62,085 nucleotides of DNA, filler included, from Globobulimina sp. (GCA_003354225.1; 22 parts of 22 records of this genome joined end to end with filler, not necessarily neighbours in it), one strand, 5' to 3'; positions 47,745-60,658 are shown, numbered from the whole stretch's first letter. A program made the numbers and translations. The notes: generated from the letters alone by a model not told the origin.

Positions 47745-47779
47745 AAAAAAGTGCACATCCTGTTGAGAATGTACACTTT
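47745..47779 (-). terminator. Rho-independent terminator of the convergent gene
   Basis: Minus strand reads AAAGTGTACATTC...GGATGTGCAC-T6. Confidence 0.8.
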
Positions 47780-47791
47780 GTTGTTATTATT

Positions 47792-47970
47792 TTATTTTTC
47801 TAAAATACAATCAGTTTTATAAAAAGTTACATTAACAAAAATACCTTTTTCATTTTCTAACGTAATTACTACATTTTCACCTTCAGTAAAATGTGTCACT
47901 GTCACGAATTTGTGTTCTGTAATTTTGCCGAGATGTTGATTGTCCGGGATATTCCTCGCCCGCTGCGGCT
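47792..47970 (-). CDS. Phage-like ORF, 3' part (convergent)
   Basis: ...GKITEHKFVTVTHFTEGENVVITLENEKGIFVNVTFYKTDCILEK* followed by a terminator of the same family. Confidence 0.55.
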
Positions 47971-48070
47971 NNNNNNNNNNNNNNNNNNNNNNNNNNNNNN
48001 NNNNNNNNNNNNNNTTAATTAATTAANNNNNNNNNNNNNNNNNNNNNNNNNNNNNNNNNNNNNNNNNNNN

Positions 48071-49894
48071 CAGAATGTAGCCATCCAAACTCATCAATGG
48101 TTTCCCGCGTTTTATCCGGATCGTACATATAACCCATCATAATATTCCGGCCTCGCATACATATCTCGCCTTCACCTTCTTTATCGCGACCTGGGTCATG
48201 TTTAATACAGGTTTCATAGCCTCGCATGGCTGGACCAACAGTACACAATTTCGAGTAATACGGCAAGGCCATGTTATGTAAACCTGAGGTTTCACTCATA
48301 CCATAAGCTTCAACTAAATGAATGCCAACAGATGCAAAGAATTCTAATGTCTGTTTCTGCACTGGCGCAGCACCGGTGATTGCGGCCTGTAAACGGTCAA
48401 AGCCGAATGCACTGCGTACGACGGGGAATAATTTAGTTTCCGCCAAACCATATCCAATCGGCACGCGTTTATTCCCAGCAACCTCGCGATTGTAATGAGC
48501 TTTCAATGCTGTGGTTTTCATAAAATTTACTAATTTCGCCCTTAATGCGCTGGCTGGGTTATCTTGTGCTTTTTTCTTGATGGCTTCATAAAATTTCTCC
48601 CATACTCGGGGAGGACCAAAGAATATCGTTGGCTGAGCAGCTTGCAATGTAATCTTTAAACTGCCTTTCAAAGCATCCGCGCGTCCAAAATAAACTGTGC
48701 ATGATTCCACCTTTGGATAATGTGCTAATACGGCTAACGGATTATGAATATCACATAGATTTGCTGCAATATGCGCTATTTTAACATTTAACATTAAATG
48801 ATGTGTAACATAACAAAATATGTGTAAAATAACTTAACATAATGGGAGATACGATACAATCGCATGATTTCCTTCTTTTTTTAGATGTTTACTGCTAACC
48901 AATAAATTGTGCGGCACGTTTGTAATGGAATCGTGTGACACCATAACACCTTTGGGTGGCCCGGTTGTGCCCGAGGTATATATCAACATACAACATTGTT
49001 CTGGTTGGATGGCCGCCATTCTTTCAGACATAATCTCATTTAATTCGGCTTGTTTGCCATTTTCATCACTGCCTAACTTCATAAATTGTGCCCAATCAAT
49101 TACTCTGACATTGTGATTCCCGTCGTTTGCATTTTTAACAATATCACCTTCGGCATCACAATCCCAAACGATAATGGTTGACAAAGTGCCTTCTAATTCA
49201 TCTCGAACTTGCAAGAATTTATTTAATTGCTTCTCATTTTCGACGACCACAATTCTGGCTTTGCTGTGCTGTGCAATATATTTACATTGACCTGCATTAT
49301 TCGTGGTGTATATCCCCACCGCGAGTCCGCCTTTTTTATATTATTAATTGTTAATTTCCCGAAAGCCGAAATAATTCGCATTTACGGCCTGACATAGTAC
49401 AAACCTGCATACATAGCACCAATTTCTGAAATGAACCATTGTGGCGAATTGAAGCCAATAATACCAACAGATTCCCAGGGCTGTAAACCCAATTCGATAA
49501 AGGCACGGGCTGCTTGTTTGCATGCTGCTTGATATTGGGATAAGGTCCAGTCTTTCCAGATAAATTCGCCAGCCTCGTTTTTATATTCTTTTTTCATAAT
49601 GATTGAGTCTGCGGCATTTTCAACAGCTTTGTCGAATACTTCAAACACTGTCTGTGGTTTCCATGAACTGGGCCCGGATGCGGAATATTTAATTGGTCGG
49701 ATATCCCACGGATTGGTAACATAATGCACTTCATTTTTTTCATATTGAGCAAAATGCTCTTTGCTTAAACAACTTTCATAGGTATGTTCTTGGCTGAATT
49801 CTCTGCGCGATGCAAAGAAACAATACGCAATGCAGCCAGCAATGATAACACCAACAATTGCTACAGGAACTACCCACGCTAATAAAGCTGACAT
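48071..49894 (-). CDS. Long-chain acyl-CoA synthetase, bubblegum-like, three exons (3'-truncated)
   Basis: GFNSPQW, GIYTTN, IYTSGTTGPPKGVM, SYLPL, PRVWEK, YGMSE, GEICMRGRNIMMGY, GWLHS. Confidence 0.92.
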
Positions 49895-50410
49895 AGTTAA
49901 AGATTGAAAATTTCGCTTTGGGTTTTTACTGATCAGTAAAGTTTTTGAGTGCGATGTGATACGTACATTTTTACTTTCCCTGTATTTTGGATTATATGGA
50001 TTAGTTTTTAGATTATCCTCGCATGTTACTGATAAGAGTGTTCAAAAAGATCCATATTTGATACGCATCACATGATATTTAATTTAATGGATCAAAAATC
50101 AATGGATCAAATATAATTTAATGGATCAAAAATCTATTAATTTTTTTTAAACTATCAGGCCATAATTCGCGATGTAATATTGTGATGTGTTTCTGTTTTA
50201 ATTCATATTTGCTTTCATGTTTATTGTGGGTTATAAACAGAAGCGTTATATTCTATAGTTTGCTTGTATGTTATTTATGGAAACATACATATATAATATT
50301 AATACACAAAAAAAATATAATAAAAGAAGGTAGAAAAAATCTAACATAGGACAATAAACACATACTAACTATTAAAAAAACGTGAATATATGATATTTTT
50401 CATTATGTAG

Positions 50411-50793
50411 TCATCTTCTTAACCATTCACTAAATAACTTACTCCAAATATGATGATCATGTTTTTGTTGCATACTTTTCATTGCACCGTCATACGTTTG
50501 TTGACCAAACCGGTTCGAATCCAAAAATACTTCCATAACAACTTTGATAGCACTTGTTGGAAATTCAGGATGTCCCTGAAATGACAATACTCGATCATTA
50601 ATTGTAAATAACTCAAACTCTGTCCATTTAGATGAAGCTAATGATGTTGCATTGCGAGGTAACGATACAACAGCATCGCGATGAAATTTTAATACAGTGA
50701 GACTTAACCTATTTGCGTATTGATCTTTAAAATATGGAAATATTTTATAAAAATTATCATTTAATGCAATACGTCGTGCACCAATCTCAAAAT
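50411..50793 (-). CDS. Class I glutamine amidotransferase-like protein, C-terminal fragment
   Basis: FHRDAVVSLP and SFQGHPEF, translated by hand (not in the ORF track). Confidence 0.8.
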
Positions 50794-52165
50794 NNNNNNN
50801 NNNNNNNNNNNNNNNNNNNNNNNNNNNNNNNNNNNNNTTAATTAATTAANNNNNNNNNNNNNNNNNNNNNNNNNNNNNNNNNNNNNNNNNNNNTGCAAGT
50901 TGTCACACCGATGAATTCCCTCGTCAAATAGAAGTAGATGAATTATTGGTATCCGATGCTAATGAATTCAAAGCTCGACTTACAAATGAATGTGCGGCAG
51001 CTGACATCAATATCGCCTATGGAGAAGTTAATCATCCTGAAGAGTTGATTACCTTGTCAAAGGGTGATGCTTCAATGCAAATCAGAATCTCTGAAGAGAG
51101 GGACATGGATGATTTATCTGATATAGATGAATTATATTTTGATGAAGATTTATAAAAGTTGATTCGATATATTCATTAGATTCATCATGGGCTAATGTAT
51201 TAAAACACTGTCAGTTTCAACTTGTTGAATTATGTACTCTAGTTACAATTATTATTTAGACTGCGTAGCTATGCAGTCTGCAAGTATCACTGGTACCGGT
51301 ACCATATATGTATAGTTTGAAGTGGTACCATGCATGGTTCTGGTACCATATATGGTACCCCTCCTACCAAGTATGGTACTGGTACAAGGCCGGAGCCAAG
51401 GGGTGCGAGTGGTGCATGAGCACCAATTCAGATATTTCGGGTATTCAATAGAAAATGTTAATAATATTAAAATAAGTTAAGATGTGTATACAGTAGTCTG
51501 ATATAAACTACAGTAAAAGAAGAATGGGAAAAGTACATAGTGCCAAACTTTCCCATTATTTGGGGTGACTAATTTCAGTCATCCCCAGTTAAGGGTTTCC
51601 CCTATCTCAAACGAGAATAAAATAATTATATCTCTGAGGCAGGTCAATCCACAGTGAGACAGTGACAAAATGGGTCAACGATAGCCGACGAAAAATGTCG
51701 AAGGTACATGATTCGGTTTCCAGTAATACAGTACAGACATAAAAGTCATACAGTATGACTTTTACGTGCCAATTTCAACTTTTTAATATAACAACGCGAA
51801 CCTTGAAATATACATAAATGGGCTACTGTAAGTAAACTAACAAATTTTGAGAAAATTTCTGTCAGGTCAAAATTAAGATGTGTCATGTCATGGTAAACTT
51901 GGCACACCCCTATAAAGGTCCAGACGTTTATAGCTTCCTAGTGTCACTAAATGTGCATGCTAGCCATGGTAACGGGCTGAGCTGGGCCTGAAAACTTTCT
52001 GGCGGGCCGGAATGGCGGCCAGTGAACACCTCTATAGTATACTATAGGTACATATTAAGTGATTTTCATGACACAAATCATGCCCATCTTTTCTACGCCT
52101 TTTATCTACTTACTATATTCAGCATTTCATGGACAGCAACTACACACAGTCAACATCAATTGACA

Positions 52166-52617
52166 TACCATATTTCTTCTAATAAACGCCCTGGGCGTTT
52201 ATTTTTTCAACCTATCGCTACAGGGGGCGTTAATTGGAACGTTGGCTACTATTAGAAGGAGGGCGTTTATTTTTTCAACCTTTAATTTCAAACCATGAAA
52301 ATCCATGTATGTGCAAATCTTGACTACATTTCAAGTAGAACTCGGTAGTGAGTCTGTTTTTAATACCTACATACACTACAATTACAATATTTACTGCTCA
52401 ATTTATATTTTTCTGCTTCTAGTCAATGAATTTGTGGGAATATATGCACAGGAGATATCGTTTTCGTGCAATAAATCAAGACAATCGTTTCTTATTATGG
52501 ACCAGGGAGCGTTTATTAGAGGGAGGGCGTTTATTTTTTCAATGAACATCTGGAGGGAGCGTCTATTAGAAGGGGGCTACTATTGGAGGGAGGGCCTTTA
52601 TTAGAAGAAATACGGTA
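52166..52617. mobile_element. pogo/Tigger-type MITE
   Basis: TACCATATTTCTTCTAATAAACGCCCT and AGGGCCTTTATTAGAAGAAATACGGTA (25/27 match, TA ends). Subterminal GGCG(T/C)TTATT repeats. Confidence 0.8.
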
Positions 52618-53716
52618 GTCTGCATAATACCAATAATAGCGGTTGTCACTTGTCATACCAAATGTCTTAAGGACGATCTTTTGAATTTGGCGCCTGACTG
52701 AGCTAAAAACAATAATGATGCAACTGGAAACTGCACTAGATGGAGTACTGTATACAGAATGTGATGTTGTGATGTTCCATATTCCGCACCGCAGACGCAG
52801 ATAACCTAAAAAAAGTAAATCTGCCTGCATTAGTAGTAATTTAGTAAATTCACCATTCTACTCTGGTAAACATAACAGTCATTTTCATTATTGCTACATC
52901 AATATACTTTTTTTGTTTGCAGATTAATTTGTTTATTATCTGTTATCCATGGGAGAAACCATGCCTTCATATTTTCGGTCACTAACACGTGGATTGCCAG
53001 GATTGAAAACTGTAAAATGGTGGGATGTAAGTTTGTTCATAAATGCTGTACCATTTAACATTGCAAGTGTTGTTTTACATTTTTAGAATCTACCCGAGAA
53101 TCGCCGACAATATTATGCCGCTCGACATGCAGTCACCCGACACATGAATCGTAAACAGTTGAATATTCAACCTGTGTTTCTTGAAGACAGAGAGGAGCTG
53201 TACGCGAGAAATGGAGAAACAATAACTTTTGCTGTATGTATTGTTTTGCACATACTGTTCTGCCTTCCCTCCATTGCTCATCATCGCAATTTATATGCTA
53301 CAACATGTGTATTTGTCTCATTGTAGATTCGTCATGCTTTGTATTGTGGCATTTGTGATAAGTTGAAACGAGATAGAGCTACTACGCCAAAGGCTGACTA
53401 CGCTAAAAAGATAAAAATTCAGGAAGAAATTAAAATTCACATGGAAGAAGTGGCCGCAAAAAAGATTGAAGAATTTAGGGTATTTTCACTGTTGTACATA
53501 CTGCATGTATATTGCCTGGCCTGCACGAGTGTACGCACAATAATATGTACACTGCCTGCACCCCGGTCGGGTCGATTTTGGGAAACCGGACAGTCGTGAT
53601 CAAGTGGAATTTTTTANNNNNNNNNNNNNNNNNNNNNNNNNNNNNNNNNNNNNNNNNNNNTTAATTAATTAANNNNNNNNNNNNNNNNNNNNNNNNNNNN
53701 NNNNNNNNNNNNNNNN

Positions 53717-56439
53717 CGCTGCTCAATGGCCTCAATGTCAGCCGACACGTACTTGGATTTGAACGCTTGTTTGCCGTCAAAAAACTGCACCGCCTTCATG
53801 GCATCCTGTCGGGTGGGAAAATCCACAAAAGCATAAGCAAAACCTTTACCTAATTTCAATCGCACAGACGAATGCTTCCATGCACTGTCAGCTGCTTCCA
53901 AATCACTATAAATATCGCTTTCTGTGCACTCCACGTTAAGATTCCCAAAAAAAACAGTAGAGCCGGAATGCGGTGTAAACAGCACCATTTTCTCTTTTTT
54001 AGTGCTCCCATTCACCGTCGTTTCTCGCTCGCGAATGGATAAAAACCTCCATCGCATCAGAAAATCATTAAAATCGCAGCCGACCAGACTCATTTTCATA
54101 CGGCCGTCCAAGTCACATTTGAATTGCTCCACAGTCAATCCGCACGGGTTCTGTTTCAGTATACTTACTACCAATTTATAGGCGGGCTCCGGCGTGAAAA
54201 ATATCATCACATCGTCGCTGCCCAAGCAGTTTAACAGCAATAAACGCTCCATTTTCACGAAATATTTAGGGTTGCCGTCGAATTCCAGCGTCTGCGCAAA
54301 TTTATTTTTATACTCCGCGGCGATGCAACTCATTAACGTCTGCCCTTCGTGTTCGTCGCGAATTAATTGATAGATATTGGTGGTGATACGAGCAAAACTA
54401 TTCATATTGTTATTGTCCAACTTGTTTTTGTCGGTTTTCGCTGTATTCCGTGTATGATAATTATGGTTGTTGTGGTGTGGGGTGTGGTTGTTATTTGTTG
54501 TGTGGTTTTTATGTGCCGAGGCTTGCTCGATTTCGACCCGAATGCCAGTGCCATGCTGCGGGGAGGCCGGCAAATTCAGGTTTTGTTTCATTTGCTTTTG
54601 CTTAATTTGCTGTTGTTGGAGGTATTGCTGTTGCTGCTGTTGCATCATCAGCTGTTGATCGTAGTTATTGTTGTTCGATTCGAATAAACTCAAATGGTTT
54701 TTAATTAAACCAATGGCAGATTGGGCCTGTTTCATCGATTTAAAATCGACGAACGCGTTCAATAAACCATAGTTCGTTTGATTTAATCGAATGCGCAAAT
54801 TGTACCATGACGGATTTATTTGAGTCAACACGTTGCGCACTTTGTTTTCGTTCCATTTCGATGGGTTTAAATTGCCTAAAAACACCGTACAGGAACCCAT
54901 AGGCATCAAACGTACGTATTTATTGTCAACCAATTCCACCACACGCCATCTTTCCAGAAAATCGACGATATTGCAATCAGATAGCGAGGCGATGCTCAAT
55001 TTTTCAGCTAAGCGGAGTGTGAACTGTTCGATTTCCATGCCTTTGTAGACCTGACTGCTGTCGTTGGCGTTTTCCTTTTCAAACAGTTCTTGACTGTGCC
55101 GCAATATGTCAATGACTGTGCGGTGCGACGAGGTCTCGCAATGGAATATCATTATATCCTCATCGGATAAACATTTGATGACTAAAATGCGCGGTAACTG
55201 CACCAAGTATTTTAATAAATTATTGTCGCGGTTCGAGGCTGGTAACATTTCGTGAAATTGCTGTGGATATAACATGGTGAATTGCGATAATTTAATACAA
55301 TTTCCATGTTGCCTGAAAAAAAAAAAAAAATAAATGTACATAGTATGTAAAAAAAAAACCGTGCATATAATATGAAAAAAAAACGTTTCCAAAAAACTTA
55401 ACTGCAATAAATTATAAATTTTCTCAGTTCGCGAATGTTTATTATAATAATTGCTGTTGTTACCATAAGAATGATCGTAGAGCGAATGTCTTCTATTTCT
55501 GTTATTTGTGTTGTGATGCTGCGGAGTCATAGAGCCGTGATGGAGTGCTGCTGAATGGAACTGCGGCGAGCCAGTCATTGCTATATTATTGGCAGAGGCC
55601 GCCGATTTACTGCGTAGTCGGTTTGCTTGCGGCATCGGAGTTTGTGAGCCCATGAGGTTGCAGTACGAATTGGAAGAGGTGGAGGCGTATAACTTGGTGC
55701 TTTGAGCTAAGGGCAAATGGTGTTGGGTGCCTTGGCTTTGCGCCCGATATTGAAAGTGGTGGCTGCTCGACTGATTATTTGGTGTTTGCGGGTATTGATG
55801 GAACTGCGTTGGCTGTCCATGTGTCTATGTATTCAGTTTCAAAGCAAGTTTGTTGTCCATGTGTCCAGATCCAAAACAAAACAAAGTGCAACAAACCAAT
55901 GTACAGTACTTAACTGCGCGATTACTCTGCGTCTGGCTCACATTTTGCGTGTTGGGATACGCGATGTGATTATAATTTGTATTCCTTTGTCTATATTGGT
56001 ATGAATTGGGCGTAGTGGTCACGGATAATGGCACACGATGATGATGCATCCCTTGGTAGAAACTATAGCCATTATTGCTATGTCTGTTTGGTGTCACCGG
56101 AGAGGACACGTCCGCAGCAGCACCGGTCACCGGCGTGGTGGCCGTGGACGAATAGGATATCATATTATGCGCGTTGGGCATTTTGATGCGCGGCGGACTG
56201 GCCATCATATGCGAGGAGGATACGATGGGCGAAGTGAGGGGCGAAGTGCCGATGGAGGCACTGCCCGATTTCTTGTACCGTGTCACCAATGAGCTGATAA
56301 GTGGTGCTTTCATATTTATTTGCAATGGATGCGAACTGCTGCGACTTATATGGGGCGACCGTGTCTTGGTAGTTTCTAATTGCATTTGTTCGTCAATCTC
56401 GGTTAAATCGCTCACAATCTTCTCGTTTGTTTGCTGTTT
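53717..56439 (-). CDS. RNA-binding protein with two RRMs and LOTUS/OST-HTH-like repeats (multi-exon, partial)
   Basis: TVFLGNL/TVFFGNL (RNP2) and NAFVDF/FAYAFVDF (RNP1). Duplicated wHTH-like segments and poly-Q. Confidence 0.75.
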
Positions 56440-56543
56440 NNNNNNNNNNNNNNNNNNNNNNNNNNNNNNNNNNNNNNNNNNNNTTAATTAATTAANNNNN
56501 NNNNNNNNNNNNNNNNNNNNNNNNNNNNNNNNNNNNNNNCAAA

Positions 56544-57995
56544 ATGAATGAAATCATTGCCCAAATCATAACCTCAAGAAAACTGAAATCGCACAGCAAG
56601 GAAAATAAAGAGGAGGAAGACCAAGACCTGGATATCGATATAAATCATGATGAGGAGGAAAAAGAAACGTCAGTAATGACATTAAATGATTTAGCATCAG
56701 ATATTATCCCTGAAATAACTTCTTATTTACAATTCGATGAAAGAATGCAGTTTGAAAGATGCAATAGATTTATTTTTATCGGTTCCAGGTCGTTGAAAGG
56801 TGCAATCCATCCACTTTACAATCATTACTTTGCCAAAATGTTCCAAAATCGTGACAAGCAGCAACCTCTCGCAAGGTTGAAAATATTCAATTCATTGTTG
56901 ATGCATTCCATTACAATCAATATGTTCGAATTTGATAAATATAAATGGAGCCCGTTTGATATATTCAAACATATTCAATTATTGCAATATAATTTTGCTG
57001 ATCCAAAGCAGTTTGAGATAGTATTGAAACATTTAAATGAATGCAGTGATTTATCAAATATTAAAACCCTTCGTTTAATTGCTGACGATGAAGGATTGGG
57101 TTCGGTGATGTTGAAATCACTCAATTTAACGCTTTGCAAGAAATTGAAAGTTGAATATTTTGAATATGTCTATAATTGGAATTGGGAAATGTTTAGAGAT
57201 GCTGCCTCTTTTTACAATGAATGGGTGTCCCATTTGAAAGGTATTGCCATTCATGACCGACAGTGCGGTGCAGGAGTGATGCACTCCATTTATACGTCAA
57301 TGGGGAATGGATTGGAATCGTTGCATCAGGGAATGACAAAAATAACCAATATGATTGGAGGGAAAGTAAATAAATTGAATGAGTTTTGTTTGATGTGGTA
57401 TTTGGTCGAGGAAGAGATTGGAATTTTGCTGAAACAGAACTTAAAATGTTTAAAAAGAATCCATTTTAAAGGTTGTGCATATGATCCGGATGGCGAGCAG
57501 GATATCGATTGTTTGGTCGCGAAAATGCAATCGTTGTTTGATAAAATCATGAAAACAGCAGAATATATAGCTTTTGATATGGAAAATGAATATCCAAAAC
57601 GGTATTTGTTTGAGATTGTAATGAAATGTTTAGAGAGTAGAAATAAACAGAGATTAAAGTTGAGAATAAATTCAATGAAATTGGAGGATAAGGATGATAT
57701 CAAAGATATGATTGGAACATTACAAAAACTGATAAACGGTTTGAATGGTTGTGGTAGGAATTGGATGTTGATTTTGTATGAATTAGAATTAGTCGCTGAG
57801 TTGGATATGAATTATTGGATACAATCAATGGGAAAAGAATATTGTGTCAATTATAAAAGGAAACAATGTGAAAAATATTATATTAAATATTTTTATAATG
57901 TGGTTATCAGTAATAAAGGTTGTGATATCTGTGGATATCATGAAATTTGGCAAATGGAATGTTCAAAATGTAAACAACAGATACTATTTGACTAA
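56544..57995 (+). CDS. F-box-like family protein, paralog of 7020-8273
   Basis: LNDLASDIIPEITSYL...NRFIFIG and VISNKGCDICGY..W. Confidence 0.6.
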   Translation: MNEIIAQIITSRKLKSHSKENKEEEDQDLDIDINHDEEEKETSVMTLNDLASDIIPEITSYLQFDERMQFERCNRFIFIGSRSLKGAIHPLYNHYFAKMFQNRDKQQPLARLKIFNSLLMHSITINMFEFDKYKWSPFDIFKHIQLLQYNFADPKQFEIVLKHLNECSDLSNIKTLRLIADDEGLGSVMLKSLNLTLCKKLKVEYFEYVYNWNWEMFRDAASFYNEWVSHLKGIAIHDRQCGAGVMHSIYTSMGNGLESLHQGMTKITNMIGGKVNKLNEFCLMWYLVEEEIGILLKQNLKCLKRIHFKGCAYDPDGEQDIDCLVAKMQSLFDKIMKTAEYIAFDMENEYPKRYLFEIVMKCLESRNKQRLKLRINSMKLEDKDDIKDMIGTLQKLINGLNGCGRNWMLILYELELVAELDMNYWIQSMGKEYCVNYKRKQCEKYYIKYFYNVVISNKGCDICGYHEIWQMECSKCKQQILFD

Positions 57996-58103
57996 AAATT
58001 TAAATTTATAATCCGCTGAAAGAATTTCATTAAACATTTTCACTTCAACAAACTCATTTTTTCACATTGTTTTGCATTTCGAACAATCTCATTTTTAACC
58101 ACA

Positions 58104-59262
58104 ATGGGTAACGATCACATTATACAGTGCATTGTCATAAACATACACACTATAATACATATTCTGGATATTCCCAATCTGAGTATGATTATTATCGTAA
58201 TTCGTCTGGTCATTGTGGTATTTGCAGAGAGGAAGAAAATCGAGAAAATGAACGTAGAGCACGCGACAGGGCATTGGAGGCTCAACGTAAAAAAGCCGAA
58301 AGATTGGAGGCAGAACAAAGACGACAAAGACTCGAACAAGAAAGAAAACTCCGTGAAGCGAGAGAAGCAGAAAAAAAAAGGCTAATGCTCGAACGACAAA
58401 ATGCTGAAAGAGACCGAGCTGACAAAGTAAAGAAAATGAAAGAAAAATTACAAAACGATTTGGAGGCTGAACGAGAAAGAGTCAGAAAAGCAAAACGTGG
58501 GAAACCGCAACAACCGAAAGAAAACAAAAATGTTTATGATAAATGGATGAATTGAAGCTGGACACATTGCAGATTGTGCAGGACATTGGAAATCGAGTAA
58601 AAATCTGCAGTGCGGCCGGTCAGGACATCATCGACAATGTGGAAAACATCGAGAATGAGTTAAAAAAATCAGTAAAAGACCATTATGATACTATCGAGCC
58701 TGAAATTGAACGATATAAAAAATATGGACAAGAAATGCGTGATATGAATAAAGTGTTTATTGATGAATTTAGCAAAACATTGAACGATAAATATATTCCT
58801 GAAATGAAGGAAGCTGCCACTTCCATTGATGTTAAGTCATTTTGTTCTGTGATTATTTTGTTCTGTGATTATTTTGTTATTTGACTGAACTCTCACAAGT
58901 ATTTATAATTTATTTAGGATCAAATACGAAACAAACAAGAGAATGTACAAAAAATAAAGGACTTGCTTGAATCTGGAGGCACCGCAGATTCCCAAATGGC
59001 GGCATTTCTATCATTACAAAAAAAGGTTTTAAATATATAAAAAAATAAATATAATCGTATAATATACAGATCATTAAATATATACAGTACAACGAAAAGA
59101 AAACGAAATTTGTCAAGAAAATTGAAGGTAAATTAGATGGAATAAACCAAGCAATCGAGACAAGGGAATCTAAGCTGGATGGAATGGGTAAATATTACGA
59201 TGAAATGGTTCGAGATCATGACAAATTCCTAGCATTTGGTATAAAACCGGGTGATAAATATG
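58104..59262 (+). pseudogene. Coiled-coil protein with apparent frameshifts
   Basis: Coding signal changes frame near 58118 and near 58543 with no room for an intron. Confidence 0.45.
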
Positions 59263-59362
59263 NNNNNNNNNNNNNNNNNNNNNNNNNNNNNNNNNNNNNN
59301 NNNNNNTTAATTAATTAANNNNNNNNNNNNNNNNNNNNNNNNNNNNNNNNNNNNNNNNNNNN

Positions 59363-59916
59363 ATTATAATTGCATTTTCATGAAATATGTGATAAGATTT
59401 CAAGTGGATATCGGCATTCAATGTACGTAGAGAAGAATGGCAGAGTTTGGAGTTGCGGCCTTGGCACCGGTGGTGAACTTGGATTGGGAGAAACCACCCA
59501 AAGAGTTTATAAGCCGACAATAATTGCCTCATTAAATAAAATTAAAATAAAAGATATTAAATGCGGTGGTTATCATACTTTAGCGATTGACACAAATAAT
59601 AAGATTTGGTCCTGGGGATATAATAAAATGGGGCAATGTGGTTCTGATGCAAAAAAAGTTGATATTCCAACACGGATTGACGCATTAAAACAGTATAATG
59701 TGAATATCATTCAATGTGGATTTTGGCATTCGTACTGTGGGACAGTTGAAGGAATGCACTTTATGTTTGGTAGCAATAATGTCAGGCAATGCATTACTGC
59801 AAAAGGTGATGACAGAGATGTCCAATCCTGTCATTGAAATACAATATAAACATATGATTATTCAAACTGTAATGTTAGGATTTGATAGTACCATTGTTGT
59901 GTTGAGTGAGAAATGA
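59363..59916 (+). CDS. RCC1-repeat protein C-terminus with a frameshift near 59825
   Basis: SGYRHS, WSCG...GELGLG, CGGYHTL, WSWGYN.MGQCG. Confidence 0.8.
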
Positions 59917-59953
59917 AAGATCGATATTAATTAAAGAAATTAAAAATTTTCTT

Positions 59954-60460
59954 TTACACTTGAACACCATCTTGTTTTCCGTACAATTTTTTGAATAATT
60001 CATGCACATATTGTTTATACGGCATGTCTTGCACTAAAATATCATTTTCCTCATCATACTTATAAACATAACCATTATGATTTGGATCTAAAAATATTCC
60101 AATTGATAATCTATCGCCTTGTTCAACATTCAAAACCCGATGAAGACCTGCTTTGAATTTGCCATTGGTGGTCATATCTAACAGTTTCCCAAAATTTATC
60201 ATAAAATACTTATTCCCATCATTTTCAACATCAATATTGTACCACTTATCACCATATAAAATTTGCAATCCGTTTTTGTCCGCAAATAACAATGTAATAA
60301 ACCCAAAATCGCTATGTTCGTTTAAACCAAACACATTCTGATTATAATCTGTCATTTCTGAATCATAATAATTAAAAGCAATATGTATGCTTGGATTTGG
60401 GCCCATAATTGTTTCAAACTGTTCCCTTGTGAATATATCATCGAACTTATCCCAAATTTC
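59954..60460 (-). CDS. 2OG-Fe(II) dioxygenase (IPNS-like), C-terminal domain
   Basis: HSD, GLQI, HRV and RLS motifs. The N-terminal half is not evident. Confidence 0.8.
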   Translation of the reverse strand, partial: EIWDKFDDIFTREQFETIMGPNPSIHIAFNYYDSEMTDYNQNVFGLNEHSDFGFITLLFADKNGLQILYGDKWYNIDVENDGNKYFMINFGKLLDMTTNGKFKAGLHRVLNVEQGDRLSIGIFLDPNHNGYVYKYDEENDILVQDMPYKQYVHELFKKLYGKQDGVQV

Positions 60461-60658
60461 AAATCATCTCTACTGATGAAATATTGCTTATTATCTTATT
60501 CAATTGAATAATAATCAAATATGAATATGTATGATACTGCTATCTATGCTCACAACCATTACAAACGAAAATATCAATGTTAATATTATACCTTGTGATA
60601 GTTTAGCCTTTGCAGTTTCTTTTTTATTTGTTATTTGCGTTATAAATCCGAAACAAAA

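Noticed and set aside
2731-59362. Recurring TTAATTAATTAA flanked by N runs, and ORFs running into X/LIN tails
   Set aside because: These are artificial linkers. Adjacency across them has no biological meaning.
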